A DNA stretch of 64,000 bases from Candidatus Elulimicrobium sp. (GCA_020720365.1 DYOU01000003.1:4719-68718), one strand, 5' to 3'; shown: positions 18,706-28,803, numbered from the stretch's first letter. Numbers and translations: made by a program. The notes: a model not told the origin generated them from the sequence alone.

Positions 18706-20661
18706 ATGGGATTAAAAGTGATCAGTTTAATGAAGCAGGTACCCTTAACGTCTCAAATGCGTATGGGCGCTGATGGATTGATGGATCGTACAAAAGTGAA
18801 ATCGATCATTAATGTTGATTGTTGTTTTGGCCTTGAGCAGGGATTGCAGATCAAGAGATCCGTAGCTGATGTGGAGCTTATTGTTGTTTCAATGGGGCCT
18901 CCGAGTTTTGAGCAATCATTACGTCAAGCTGTTTCTCTGGGGTATGATCGAGCAGTACTTTTGTCAGATCGACGTTTAGGCGGATCAGATACCTTTTCGA
19001 CCGGAATGGCCATTGCAAAGCTGTTGCAGTCTCAAATTCTTTCTCAAAATCCCGATGATAAATTTATAGTTTTTGCCGGCCGTCAAACCAGTGATGGAGA
19101 TACCGCGCATGTTCCTTCACAAGTTGCTGAAAATTTGAGTATCCCTCAAGTTACGTTTGCGGTCAGTATTGACTACAGCCCTACACATCTGGTAGTCAAG
19201 CGAATGATCGAGGGCGGGTATCAAACGTTAAAAGTCCCAATGCCGTGCGTGATATCGGTAGCTCCCACAGCGATCCATATGCGTCGTTCTACTTTAGCTG
19301 GTGCGATCAAGTCCAGGAAAGTTCAGATTCAAACATATACTTTGGATCAAATTGGCGTTGATCCCGCACAGGTCGGGCTGAATGGTTCACCGACCAGTGT
19401 CGCTAAAGTTGTTAATATTGTCCATAATCGTCCGGCTGTGACCATGGTCGATGGGTGTAATACAGACGATATTTCAAGCCATCTGGTCAAACTTCTCGAT
19501 GCTACCGAAACTTTGCATGCCGTTTCTAAAGGGCGTTCAGAAGCTTCTGCCGCGGCCGTTCCTGAAGCGCCTAAACAGGATAAGTATCCCAGGGCAGACT
19601 TTCGTAATGGAGCTAGCGGAATTTTTACATGGGCAGAGGTGCACGGATCTGAATTAGTAAGGTCTTCTGTTGAGATCTTGAATCCTGCCCGTAAATTAGC
19701 GGATGAGTTGAAAACAAAAGTGACAACACTTCTGATCGGGCATAATGTAAAAGGTTTGGCCGCTCGTTTGATTGCTCTCGGAGCAGATGAAGTTATTGTT
19801 GTTGATGAACCTCGCTTAAAAGAATACTCCATATTACCGTTTACAAGTGTTATTGAACAGATCGTTAGGGAACGGCGTCCAGAGATCGCCTTGTTTGGTG
19901 CGACGACTTCCGGCCGTGAGTTGGCCCCTCGTTTGGGCAGCCGGCTGGGTTCTGGCGTTACAGCAGACTGTACCATTTTGAAAGTAGGGGAATATGTCAA
20001 TAATTTCTCTAAAACAATATGGGCTCCTTGCCTGGAGGCGATACGGCCAACGTATGGCGAGAGTAAACTGGCTACCATAGTCGGATTCCGCTGCCCTCAG
20101 ATGGCGACAGCGCGTCCCGGTACTTTTGAGAGGCTGAAAGCCGATAATACGCGTCAAGGCAAGATCACTGAGTTTAGCCCAGTCTTGAATGATAGTGTTT
20201 TTTGTGTTGAGATCCTTGGTATAGACCGTAAAGAAGGTGGAGATCAAGGGCTTTTTACGGCAGATGTCATCATTGCCGGAGGGCGGCCTTGTGGTGAGAT
20301 TGATGATTTCAAATTGATCAAGGAACTTGTAGCTGCGTTGGAAGAAAAAGGGATCAATGCGGCATGGGGGGCAACGCGTCAGGCCGTTGATCATGGTTAT
20401 GCACCTTACAGCCGTCAGATCGGACAAACCGGAAAGACAGTTCGTCCAAAGGTTTATATTGCAGTCGCGGTATCCGGAGCGATCCAACACGTGAGCGGTA
20501 TGAAAGAATCCGGCAAGATCATCGCGATCAACCAGGATCAACACTCAAATATTTATTCCTGTGCCGATTATGGCATTGTTGGACAATATCAGGAAATGCT
20601 TCCTGCCTTGATCAAAAAGGTCAGGTCCGGGTTTACTTTTGGGTTAAAAGCAGTCAAGTAA
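18706..20661 (+). CDS. Fused electron-transfer flavoprotein, beta-subunit domain followed by alpha-subunit domain in one ORF
   Basis: The N-terminal half has GRQTSDGDTAHVPSQVAE and LNGSPT (EtfB-like). After a roughly 50-aa Ala/Pro/Lys linker, the C-terminal half has VTADCTIL and QIGQTGKTVRPKVYIAVAVSGAIQHVSGM (EtfA FAD-binding). Start set to ATG 18706, 4 nt after GAGGA and just after the ETF-QO stop. Confidence 0.85.
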   Translation: MGLKVISLMKQVPLTSQMRMGADGLMDRTKVKSIINVDCCFGLEQGLQIKRSVADVELIVVSMGPPSFEQSLRQAVSLGYDRAVLLSDRRLGGSDTFSTGMAIAKLLQSQILSQNPDDKFIVFAGRQTSDGDTAHVPSQVAENLSIPQVTFAVSIDYSPTHLVVKRMIEGGYQTLKVPMPCVISVAPTAIHMRRSTLAGAIKSRKVQIQTYTLDQIGVDPAQVGLNGSPTSVAKVVNIVHNRPAVTMVDGCNTDDISSHLVKLLDATETLHAVSKGRSEASAAAVPEAPKQDKYPRADFRNGASGIFTWAEVHGSELVRSSVEILNPARKLADELKTKVTTLLIGHNVKGLAARLIALGADEVIVVDEPRLKEYSILPFTSVIEQIVRERRPEIALFGATTSGRELAPRLGSRLGSGVTADCTILKVGEYVNNFSKTIWAPCLEAIRPTYGESKLATIVGFRCPQMATARPGTFERLKADNTRQGKITEFSPVLNDSVFCVEILGIDRKEGGDQGLFTADVIIAGGRPCGEIDDFKLIKELVAALEEKGINAAWGATRQAVDHGYAPYSRQIGQTGKTVRPKVYIAVAVSGAIQHVSGMKESGKIIAINQDQHSNIYSCADYGIVGQYQEMLPALIKKVRSGFTFGLKAVK

Positions 20662-20691
20662 TAGATTGTGTGCATTTGATCTATCTTTCTG

Positions 20692-20724
20692 AAGCGCTCT
20701 CATCAAAGGGAGCGCTTTCTTGTT
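20692..20724 (+). terminator. Rho-independent terminator after the ETF gene
   Basis: Perfect 8-bp stem AAGCGCTC (20692-20699) / GAGCGCTT (20710-20717), a 10-nt loop, then TCTTGTTG. Confidence 0.55.
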
Positions 20725-20821
20725 GTATATCACCGTCTCTTAACAATTAACTATTTATCGTATATACTTTCTTTGAGTTGATCCTTGGTGGGATTTGTTT
20801 CAGATGTAAAAGGAAGGAATA

Positions 20822-23800
20822 ATGACACTAAATTTCTTTTCAAGACATAATAAACCAGGAAACAAGTTTATTTCCGGACTTGTCCTGATTTCTTTCTTAT
20901 GGTCAACGCTGGTACCTCCAGCCTTAGCCCAAGAGGTATTCTTACCGCCGCCTCAGGTTTCCATTGGTTTGTCGACAGGGTATACGCCTTGCCAGTTGCG
21001 AGGGATCAAGATCGATCCGCGAGATCCATTCAAACTGGATTTTGTGGTTGAAGAGGGCGATTCCGGACTTAAAGGAGACAGTTTACAGGAAGAATCCAAG
21101 AAGTTGATCAAATATTTCCTGGCTACAGTCACTACTCCCGAATCAGATCTTTGGGTAAACCTTTCACCTTATGAAGATAACCGGATCATTCAGGACGATT
21201 TTGGCCGTACCGCAATGGGCCGGGATCTTCTGGCCCAGGATTACATTCTGAAACAGATAACAGCGACCCTTATGCATCCGGATCATGCTCTTGGAAAACA
21301 GTTTTGGGCCGAAGTGTATAAACAAGCCTTTAACAAGTTCGGGACAACGGACATACCGGTTGATACGTTCAACAAGGTGTGGATCGTCCCACAGAGCGCC
21401 GATGTATACGAAAGTGATCTTGAGGAAAATGATGGACGAATCGGTGCATTTATTGATTCGGCCAGGTTGAAAGTCCTTCTGGAGTCTGATTATTTGGCAT
21501 CATCCATGGCGGGAAAAACAGAGGGCGCCGGGAAGGAAAACCTGCCGCAGGCGATCACGGCGTCAGAAGGCCTGGCAGTGCAACAGATCATTCGAGAAGT
21601 CATTATTCCTATTCTCGAAAAAGAAGTGAATGAAGGGAAGAATTTTGCTCTTCTTCGTCAGATTTATCATTCACTTCTACTTGCTACATGGTTAAAAAAG
21701 AAACTGAAGACAGCAGTAGTTTTGGACGCTCCGGCAGAAAAGAGCGGGATGATCCGAGGCAACCCTTTAGCATTGCTTTTCCTGGACAAGCATAAAACTG
21801 GCGGACTTGAGACGGTTGATCCGAAACACGAGATCCGGTCTATTTATGATCGTTATGTCGAGGCTTTCAAAGATGGAGCCTATAACATTATTCGTGAAGA
21901 TTATGATATTTATAGTCAAGAGCTTATTCCGCGCAAGTATTTTACAGGCGGGCTTAATTTCACGATGAATAATGACAATGCCATGAATGTAAAGAAAGGA
22001 ACTCCAGCATCGAAAATATGGACATTTCGACACGGGATATTCGGAATAGCTATCGTATTGAAGGTGGAACACAATTCAAAACGCTTCAATATATTATCAT
22101 TTCATCTCATTAAAAATATTAATGGAAAAACCTCTAACAGAAATGTCTTTTTTAAGACGATCGGGGCATTAATAGTCGTTGCGGCAGTAGCTTCATTTTC
22201 ATTGGGTTTATTTACAAATTTATTGCCTTCGGATATCATTTCAAAATCAAAACCAGAGTCGGATCAATCCATCGAGAGGGTTGAACCAGCCATTGAAAAA
22301 CCACTTCCTGTTCAGCCTCCGGCCTTAACCGTTGAGACAAAAAGTGCTGTGAAAGATATATATAGTAATAATAGCATCCAGGAGCGTTTCAATGCTTCCA
22401 TAAAAGCAAGAGAGATATACGATAATGGAGTGAAGAATGCAAGGGATGTGAATATGACAGAAAAGGTAAGGAAACTAACATTAGAAGAAACGCTTGATTT
22501 ATTATTAATATTACCAGGAGTAGATTTAGATATTCGATTATCCTATATTGGTCATATTTATCGAGAGGCCATGCTTTTTGCGCCTCGATTGCTGGAATTA
22601 GGATTTACTCCAGAGCAGCTTATACAAATTTCGATTAACATTGATGCCAAGGAGACTTCGAACAACGCAAAGCTTAGAGTGCGTACAAAAGAAGGAAAAG
22701 TAAAAACACAAGGCGCATCTCAAATGGAACGCACAACGCTTCTTAGTGTAGTACCTATTGCCCGGCGTCTTTTAGAAGACAAGAAAGAGGAAGGATTTAA
22801 TAATTTCAATCTCTTTTATGAGAGAGTCGTCGAAGAAATTAAGAAAGAAAAAGAGAAGGGGACCCAGAACTTCTGGGAAGATGGTCACTGGCAAGGTTTG
22901 CTCATAGATTATAAAACAAATACAATATTAAAGTTTATGTGGCTTAATCATTTAATTGACACTCAACCAGTCCCGGTTATAGCTGAATTGGAACGCCTTC
23001 ACATTGTATATTTTGGTTCTTCTGCCGAGAGGACAAGCTGGAAGAATACTGAAAAATCAATCCTGGAGGTCCTGCAAACAATTAAAAACAAGCATCCGGA
23101 TATGGATTTTGTAGCTACGCTGGAGATGATTCTGGTTTCTTTATGGAATGGAGGTCATAATATTTCCGAGGAAGCCCTTCTTTTTGCCTATGATTTCTAT
23201 ATGGCAGATCATGCCAAAAGGTTGACCTTATTAACCAAGAGGGGGGATCAAGCGTATAAAGTTTATAAAGCAAAGATTCTTAATGAAAGGTTAATTGAGA
23301 ACATTTTAAAGAGTGTTCAGAAAGATTTTATCTTTAATCCGTCTTTGGAAGTAACAAGTAGAGTTGTGATGAATAAAGTTATTAAAAAAATCCTGAAGGA
23401 AAACCCACAAATAACAACCAAGGTTAAAGGTTTATTGAAATCTTATCAAGAGCTTGAACGTGAATATTTAACTCTGGAAGCAGGATTAAATTTTGCTACG
23501 TTATCTCATGCGGATTATATGAATGCCGTAAACCAATTTTCAAAGAATCCCTATGAAACATATGCTTTTGGTCTCACTTATCGTTATAACATGTCGGATT
23601 ATCTAGAGATAATTAAAAAATTCATAAAAGAATGCAGGAGATTACGGGAAGAATTTAGAGCTTCTAATAAGGATGATGCTCAATTGACTCCGCCAACAGA
23701 TCCATTCGCAACGGATGTATTGACAACACTTAATAAAATGGGCCCGATTCTTAATATTGATGATGCAATGAAAGTCTTTGCGAAAGTGGGTAAATTTCCA

Positions 23801-24043
23801 TCTAATCGCCCTGAGCAGGTTTATATTCAAACCCCGATAGATAGTAAAGGTGGTATCGACCTCCAGACAGCAGCGATGGATTTCAATGTTACCGGTAATG
23901 CCGGGGACTTTCAGTTCACTATCTCAAAAGAAAAGCTTGCTTCCCTTCAGGCTGACATGAATGGAATTGAACCGCTGATCATTAGCGTTGAACCTCTTTC
24001 TAACGTTTCCATCTTTCTTGGATTAACTCCTCAAATTCGTTAA
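20822..24043 (+). CDS. Large secreted/membrane protein of unknown function with mosaic composition
   Basis: 1073 aa with GGAAGGA upstream and the signal-like N-terminus LVLISFLWSTLVPPALAQE. Has an internal hydrophobic helix FFKTIGALIVVAAVASFSLGLF and a C-terminal module KGGIDLQ...IEPLIISVEPLSNVSIFLGL. I recognise no named family. Confidence 0.7.
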   Translation: MTLNFFSRHNKPGNKFISGLVLISFLWSTLVPPALAQEVFLPPPQVSIGLSTGYTPCQLRGIKIDPRDPFKLDFVVEEGDSGLKGDSLQEESKKLIKYFLATVTTPESDLWVNLSPYEDNRIIQDDFGRTAMGRDLLAQDYILKQITATLMHPDHALGKQFWAEVYKQAFNKFGTTDIPVDTFNKVWIVPQSADVYESDLEENDGRIGAFIDSARLKVLLESDYLASSMAGKTEGAGKENLPQAITASEGLAVQQIIREVIIPILEKEVNEGKNFALLRQIYHSLLLATWLKKKLKTAVVLDAPAEKSGMIRGNPLALLFLDKHKTGGLETVDPKHEIRSIYDRYVEAFKDGAYNIIREDYDIYSQELIPRKYFTGGLNFTMNNDNAMNVKKGTPASKIWTFRHGIFGIAIVLKVEHNSKRFNILSFHLIKNINGKTSNRNVFFKTIGALIVVAAVASFSLGLFTNLLPSDIISKSKPESDQSIERVEPAIEKPLPVQPPALTVETKSAVKDIYSNNSIQERFNASIKAREIYDNGVKNARDVNMTEKVRKLTLEETLDLLLILPGVDLDIRLSYIGHIYREAMLFAPRLLELGFTPEQLIQISINIDAKETSNNAKLRVRTKEGKVKTQGASQMERTTLLSVVPIARRLLEDKKEEGFNNFNLFYERVVEEIKKEKEKGTQNFWEDGHWQGLLIDYKTNTILKFMWLNHLIDTQPVPVIAELERLHIVYFGSSAERTSWKNTEKSILEVLQTIKNKHPDMDFVATLEMILVSLWNGGHNISEEALLFAYDFYMADHAKRLTLLTKRGDQAYKVYKAKILNERLIENILKSVQKDFIFNPSLEVTSRVVMNKVIKKILKENPQITTKVKGLLKSYQELEREYLTLEAGLNFATLSHADYMNAVNQFSKNPYETYAFGLTYRYNMSDYLEIIKKFIKECRRLREEFRASNKDDAQLTPPTDPFATDVLTTLNKMGPILNIDDAMKVFAKVGKFPSNRPEQVYIQTPIDSKGGIDLQTAAMDFNVTGNAGDFQFTISKEKLASLQADMNGIEPLIISVEPLSNVSIFLGLTPQIR

Positions 24044-24169
24044 AGTATCGATCTTTACCGTATCTTAATTAATTTATAACTTATAAAAAATCTTTTTATT
24101 CTTTTTAAAATTGATGTATATTATTTACATTCATTACGTTTAATTTATGACATTAATCCGGTTATCCTG

Positions 24170-24526
24170 ATGCTTTCTGACTATATTGTTATCATTTTCT
24201 TTATTCTTTTAGGGATCGCCTTTATCTCAGCGGCTTTTACCGTGTCATGGCTGTTACGGCCTCGTGTTCCTTCAAAAGCCAAGAATGCCCCGTATGAATG
24301 CGGCGAGATCGTTTCCGGGACTTCCCGTGTGCAGTTTAATATTCGTTTTTATCTGGTTGCCCTTATTTTTGTTATTTTCGATGTTGAAATCCTGTTCACC
24401 GTGCCATGGGCTGTCGTTTTTCGTGAGATAGGAATGACGGCGTATTGGGAAATGCTTCTTTTTATCGCTGTTTTGGGTGTAGGCCTGGGGTATGCCTGGA
24501 AGAAGGGAGCCCTTGAATGGCGGTAA
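24170..24526 (+). CDS. nuoA: NADH-quinone oxidoreductase subunit A
   Basis: 118 aa with 3 TM segments and the PYECGE motif. Confidence 0.9.
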   Translation: MLSDYIVIIFFILLGIAFISAAFTVSWLLRPRVPSKAKNAPYECGEIVSGTSRVQFNIRFYLVALIFVIFDVEILFTVPWAVVFREIGMTAYWEMLLFIAVLGVGLGYAWKKGALEWR

Positions 24527-25032
24527 ATGAGCGTATCCCCGGTTCAGAATACCTGGAAAAATTTCCCGGCGGCGAAGTTATATTAGCCAAAAGCCAGGAT
24601 GTGTTTAACTGGGCCAAAGGGGCTTCTTTATGGCCGCTTACTTTTGGGCTTGCCTGTTGCGCTATTGAAATGATGACGACCGGAGCATCACACTTTGATA
24701 TTGACCGTTTTGGTTCAGGAGTTTTTCGCGCCAGCCCCCGTCAATGCGATGTCATGATCATTGCCGGAACGATCTGTGTAAAAATGCAGGACAGTATTAA
24801 ACGTTTGTATGATCAAATGCCCGAACCCAAATATGTGATCGCCATGGGGAATTGCGCGATCAGCGGGGGCATCTTTTATCATGATTCATATTCAGTTGTT
24901 AAAGGCGCTGAAGCGGTTGGCATACCGGTAGACGTTTACGTTGCAGGCTGCCCTCCTCGTCCTGAAAATTTATTGAACGGGATCATCAAGTTGCAAGAAA
25001 AGATCCGGTCAACGAAAGCACGGGTGACCTGA
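24517..25032 (+). CDS. nuoB: NADH-quinone oxidoreductase subunit B
   Basis: Contains [17 protein letters not shown] and GCPPRPE (N2 cluster ligands). Confidence 0.95.
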   Translation: MAVNERIPGSEYLEKFPGGEVILAKSQDVFNWAKGASLWPLTFGLACCAIEMMTTGASHFDIDRFGSGVFRASPRQCDVMIIAGTICVKMQDSIKRLYDQMPEPKYVIAMGNCAISGGIFYHDSYSVVKGAEAVGIPVDVYVAGCPPRPENLLNGIIKLQEKIRSTKARVT

Positions 25033-25033
25033 C

Positions 25034-25486
25034 GTGGAGACTGCTATTGTTTCAAAAAGCATTCAAGAACGCTTTCCCGATGCGATCGTCGAAACAAAGC
25101 CTGAATGGATCTGCTTGAAGAAAGAAATATTCACGCCTGTCCTCCAATTTCTGAAAACCGGCCACCTGGCATTTATTAATTTACACTGTATTACGGCTGT
25201 CGATCGTCAAGGATCCGTTGAAGTCGTATATCATCTTTATTCATTTGAACACAAATGGATGTTGACGATCAAAGTGATCCTGTTGGATTCAGATCTGACG
25301 ATTGATTCGCTGACATCCCTGTGGTCTGCGGCCAACTGGCTTGAACGTGAAGTGTTTGACCTGTTCGGAGTTAAGTTTACCGGTCATCCAGACCTTCGCC
25401 GTATCCTGAATCCGGATACCTGGTCCGAGCATCCTTTACGTAAAGATTTCAAACGCGACGGGTTCATTCCAAGGCCGGTGAGATAA
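25034..25486 (+). CDS. nuoC: NADH-quinone oxidoreductase subunit C
   Basis: 150 aa with a GTG start. Motif EREVFDLFGVKFTGHPDLRRIL. Confidence 0.85.
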   Translation: METAIVSKSIQERFPDAIVETKPEWICLKKEIFTPVLQFLKTGHLAFINLHCITAVDRQGSVEVVYHLYSFEHKWMLTIKVILLDSDLTIDSLTSLWSAANWLEREVFDLFGVKFTGHPDLRRILNPDTWSEHPLRKDFKRDGFIPRPVR

Positions 25487-26584
25487 ATGATGGACTATGA
25501 AGAATTGATCATCAATATGGGGCCGCAGCATCCGTCGACACACGGGGTGCTGTATCTGGAACTCAAACTTGATGGCGAGATCGTGGTCGATTGTCGTCCC
25601 AATATTGGTTATCTGCATCGCTCGATCGAAAAGATCGCGGAGAACCGGACATTCGTTCAATTTATGCCTTTCACGGACCGGCTCGATTATTTGGCGTCCA
25701 TGAACAATAATCTTGGTTTTTGTCTTACCATGGAAAAACTATTGCAGATCGAAGCTCCTGCCAGGGCTCAATATTTACGTGTCATCATGGCCGAACTTAA
25801 TCGGGTGGCCAGTCATTTGTTCGCTGTCTCAACTTTTGCACAGGATCTTGGCGCATACGCGACCCCGTTGTTCTACGCGTTGCGTGACCGTGAAAAGATA
25901 GTCCAGATCTTTGATCAGATATGCGGTCAACGTTTAACCTATAATTATATGCGTATTGGTGGTGTTTCAGCTGATATTCCTGTCGGGGTGGATCAATTGA
26001 TCAGGGACTTCATCATTTATGAACGACAGATGATGGCAGAATATGATGATCTGCTGACCAACAATGTGATCTTTCGCGCCCGCTCAAAGATGATCGGGGT
26101 TCTTTCTAAAGAAAGTGCTATTGATCATGGTGTTACAGGCCCAAATTTGCGGGCTTCAGGCTTCAAATGGGATCTTCGTAAAGATGAACCATATCTTATG
26201 TATGACCAATTTGATTTTAATGTTCCAGTAGGCAAGAATGGAGATTCCTGGGATAGATACAATGTCAGAATGTTAGAGATCATGGAAAGTTTGAAGATCA
26301 TTGAGCAGGCTTTGAATGGCCTGCCGGAAGGCGATCCGGTAGCCAAAATCAATAAAGCATACCGTCCTACGGGTGAAATCTATGTGAGAACTGAAAATCC
26401 TCGTGGTGAATTAGGGTTTTACGTTGTGGGAGATGGCAATCCGTTTCCTTACAGGCTTAAAATTCGGGCACCATCATTCTCCAATCTTTCTGTATTGACG
26501 TCGTTGATCAGGGGATTGAATATTTCAGATGCGGTGTGTGTGCTCGGAAGCCTGGATGTTGTTATGGGGGAGATCGATCGATGA
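25487..26584 (+). CDS. nuoD: NADH-quinone oxidoreductase subunit D
   Basis: 365 aa. NMGPQHPSTHGVL, and a C-terminal DVVMGEIDR. Confidence 0.95.
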   Translation: MMDYEELIINMGPQHPSTHGVLYLELKLDGEIVVDCRPNIGYLHRSIEKIAENRTFVQFMPFTDRLDYLASMNNNLGFCLTMEKLLQIEAPARAQYLRVIMAELNRVASHLFAVSTFAQDLGAYATPLFYALRDREKIVQIFDQICGQRLTYNYMRIGGVSADIPVGVDQLIRDFIIYERQMMAEYDDLLTNNVIFRARSKMIGVLSKESAIDHGVTGPNLRASGFKWDLRKDEPYLMYDQFDFNVPVGKNGDSWDRYNVRMLEIMESLKIIEQALNGLPEGDPVAKINKAYRPTGEIYVRTENPRGELGFYVVGDGNPFPYRLKIRAPSFSNLSVLTSLIRGLNISDAVCVLGSLDVVMGEIDR

Positions 26585-27552
26585 TCGGGTTCGTAACGTC
26601 ATACATCCCCTTGCTTTTGAAAGGACTTGCGGTTCTGGGGTTCATTGCTCTTTCAGCCATGTTCCTGATATGGCTTGAACGCAAGATTTCTGCCAAGATC
26701 CAGAATCGACTGGGACCGATGATGACTGGTCCTCATGGAGCTTTTCAATCCGTTGCTGATACGGTCAAGCTTTTGTTAAAAGAGAATATTATGCCGACAG
26801 GTGCGGACACGACGATCTGGTGGCTGGCGCCATTCTTCGTTACTGTTCCGGCGGTCGTTGCTTTTCTTTGTATGCCTTTTGGCTCTCACTTCATCGTTCA
26901 TGATTTAAATGTTGGGATTCTTTTTATTTGTTCGATCACCTCTATTTCTGTTATTGGGGTCTTTATGGCAGGATGGGGATCTAACAACAAATATTCTTTG
27001 CTTGGCGGTATGCGTTCGGCGGCGCAGATCGTCAGTTACGAAGTGCCGCTTCTTTTGTCCGTTCTTGTTGTTATCATGGAGTCAGGGACACTGTCCATGC
27101 AAGGGATCGTTCGAGCTCAAGAGCTTGGTTGGTTCTTCTTAAAACCCAATGTTTTTATCGCTTTTGTCATTTATTTGATCTCCGCAACAGCCGAAACCAA
27201 TCGCGTTCCTTTTGATATACCGGAAGCAGAGTCAGAATTAGTTGCCGGTTATCATACGGAATATTCGGGAATGAAGTTTGCGATGTTCTTTGTGGCAGAA
27301 TATACGAATTTGTTCATTGTTTCTGCTGTGGCAGCAACACTCTTTTTAGGTGGATGGCTTGGGCCATTCCGGCCTTCTATGTTCTGGTTCCTGCTTAAAG
27401 CATATACAATTATAGCTTTCTTGATGTGGATCCGCTGGACATTACCTCGTGTCCGAATGGATCAAATGATGGGATTTGCCTGGAAATTTCTGGTCCCTGT
27501 TTCATTGGTGAATGTACTTGTGACAGGATGGTTATTAGTGGTTAAAGGTTAA
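26581..27552 (+). CDS. nuoH: NADH-quinone oxidoreductase subunit H
   Basis: Start set to ATG 26581 (ATGA overlap with the nuoD stop). Motifs RVPFDIPEAESELVAGYHTEYSGMKFAMFFVAEY. Confidence 0.9.
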   Translation: MIGFVTSYIPLLLKGLAVLGFIALSAMFLIWLERKISAKIQNRLGPMMTGPHGAFQSVADTVKLLLKENIMPTGADTTIWWLAPFFVTVPAVVAFLCMPFGSHFIVHDLNVGILFICSITSISVIGVFMAGWGSNNKYSLLGGMRSAAQIVSYEVPLLLSVLVVIMESGTLSMQGIVRAQELGWFFLKPNVFIAFVIYLISATAETNRVPFDIPEAESELVAGYHTEYSGMKFAMFFVAEYTNLFIVSAVAATLFLGGWLGPFRPSMFWFLLKAYTIIAFLMWIRWTLPRVRMDQMMGFAWKFLVPVSLVNVLVTGWLLVVKG

Positions 27553-27554
27553 AT

Positions 27555-28013
27555 ATGTTAAAAGAGATCTATCAAATTCTGATCGGCTTTTTGAGTATTC
27601 TCAAGGGATTAGGTGTAACCTGGAAGAATATCTTCAGAAAACCGGTTACCATGGAATATCCTTTGGATAAACCTGTGATGACGGCCAAACATCGAGGCCT
27701 TGTTGATCTGATCCCGGATAAATGTATCGCGTGTTTGCAATGCAGCAAGATCTGCCCGACAGCTGCGCTGGTTGTGAGCGGAATAATGAATCCGGAAACA
27801 AAAAAAAGAGCACCTGATAAATTTGTTTATAATACCGAATTGTGTTGTTTCTGCGGCCTTTGCGAAGAGATTTGTCCAACATCGGCTCTTTTTATGAACA
27901 AGTGTTATGAGATCGCCTGTTATCAACATGCCGATCTTACACCGATCGATCTGCTTCGATCGAATAAATATCAGCATTTGACTTCACCCCGGACGAGAGA
28001 GAGGAAGAAATGA
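27555..28013 (+). CDS. nuoI: NADH-quinone oxidoreductase subunit I
   Basis: Two 4Fe-4S motifs, CIACLQCSKICP and CCFCGLCEEICP. Confidence 0.9.
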   Translation: MLKEIYQILIGFLSILKGLGVTWKNIFRKPVTMEYPLDKPVMTAKHRGLVDLIPDKCIACLQCSKICPTAALVVSGIMNPETKKRAPDKFVYNTELCCFCGLCEEICPTSALFMNKCYEIACYQHADLTPIDLLRSNKYQHLTSPRTRERKK

Positions 28014-28498
28014 GCGTAGTTGTTTTCTATTTTCTTGCTTTTTGTATTGGCGCCAGCGCTGTCTTATCGGTCACAGTTCGAGATGTTTTTCATAGCGCTA
28101 TATGGTTAACGCTTACATTATTGAGCATTGCCTGTCTTTATTTTTATTTAGATGCCGGATTCCTGGGAGTGATCCAGATATTGGTATATGTTGGCGGTAT
28201 TATGACGCTTTTTGTTTTTGCGATCATGTTAACGGCCAGGATCGGGGACCGGTCTATTCAGCAGACCAACAGGCAACTTTGGCCGGGATTGTTGATTTCG
28301 GCGGGGGCCTTTACAATCATGCTGAAGATAATCTTGTCGGGGCCCTGGGCAAATTTAATAACGTTGAATCCTGGGATCGACCTGAAAGTCGTTGGCCGGG
28401 CATTGCTGACACAGTATGTCCTTCCGTTTGAGTTTATTTCCATTATTCTGCTGGCCGCGCTGGTTGGAGCCATTGTCATCGGAAAGGTAAAAGAATGA
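28010..28498 (+). CDS. nuoJ: NADH-quinone oxidoreductase subunit J
   Basis: 162 aa, 5 TM segments, and position within the operon. Confidence 0.85.
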   Translation: MSVVVFYFLAFCIGASAVLSVTVRDVFHSAIWLTLTLLSIACLYFYLDAGFLGVIQILVYVGGIMTLFVFAIMLTARIGDRSIQQTNRQLWPGLLISAGAFTIMLKIILSGPWANLITLNPGIDLKVVGRALLTQYVLPFEFISIILLAALVGAIVIGKVKE

Positions 28499-28803
28499 TC
28501 CCCTTGGAACATATCGTTGTATTAAGTGTTTTTCTTTTGAGTGTGGGTATCTATGGAGTATTGACTCAGCGGAATGCTATTCGATTCCTGATCTCAATAG
28601 AATTAATTTTAAACGCAGCTAATATTAATTTAATTGCCTTTAATAAATACTTGAGCACTCCAGACGGTTTAGGGCAGGTATTCGCTTTACTGGTTGTTGG
28701 TGTCGCTGCCGCTGCCAGTGTAGTAGGCCTAGTTCTTATTATAGCTATCTATCGACTCAAAAAATCAGTATTTACAGACGACTTTAATTTACTCAAATGG
28801 TAA
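28495..28803 (+). CDS. nuoK: NADH-quinone oxidoreductase subunit K
   Basis: 102 aa, 3 TM segments, SIELILNAANINL. Confidence 0.9.
   Translation: MIPLEHIVVLSVFLLSVGIYGVLTQRNAIRFLISIELILNAANINLIAFNKYLSTPDGLGQVFALLVVGVAAAASVVGLVLIIAIYRLKKSVFTDDFNLLKW

Noticed and set aside
19347-20544. Two long antisense ORFs (243 aa at 19347-20078 and 236 aa at 19834-20544) inside the ETF gene
   Set aside because: The sense strand carries unmistakable EtfB/EtfA motifs across the whole interval. The antisense translations are Arg/Ser/Pro-rich with no motifs, start contexts or SD sequences, so they are probably stop-poor antisense frames.
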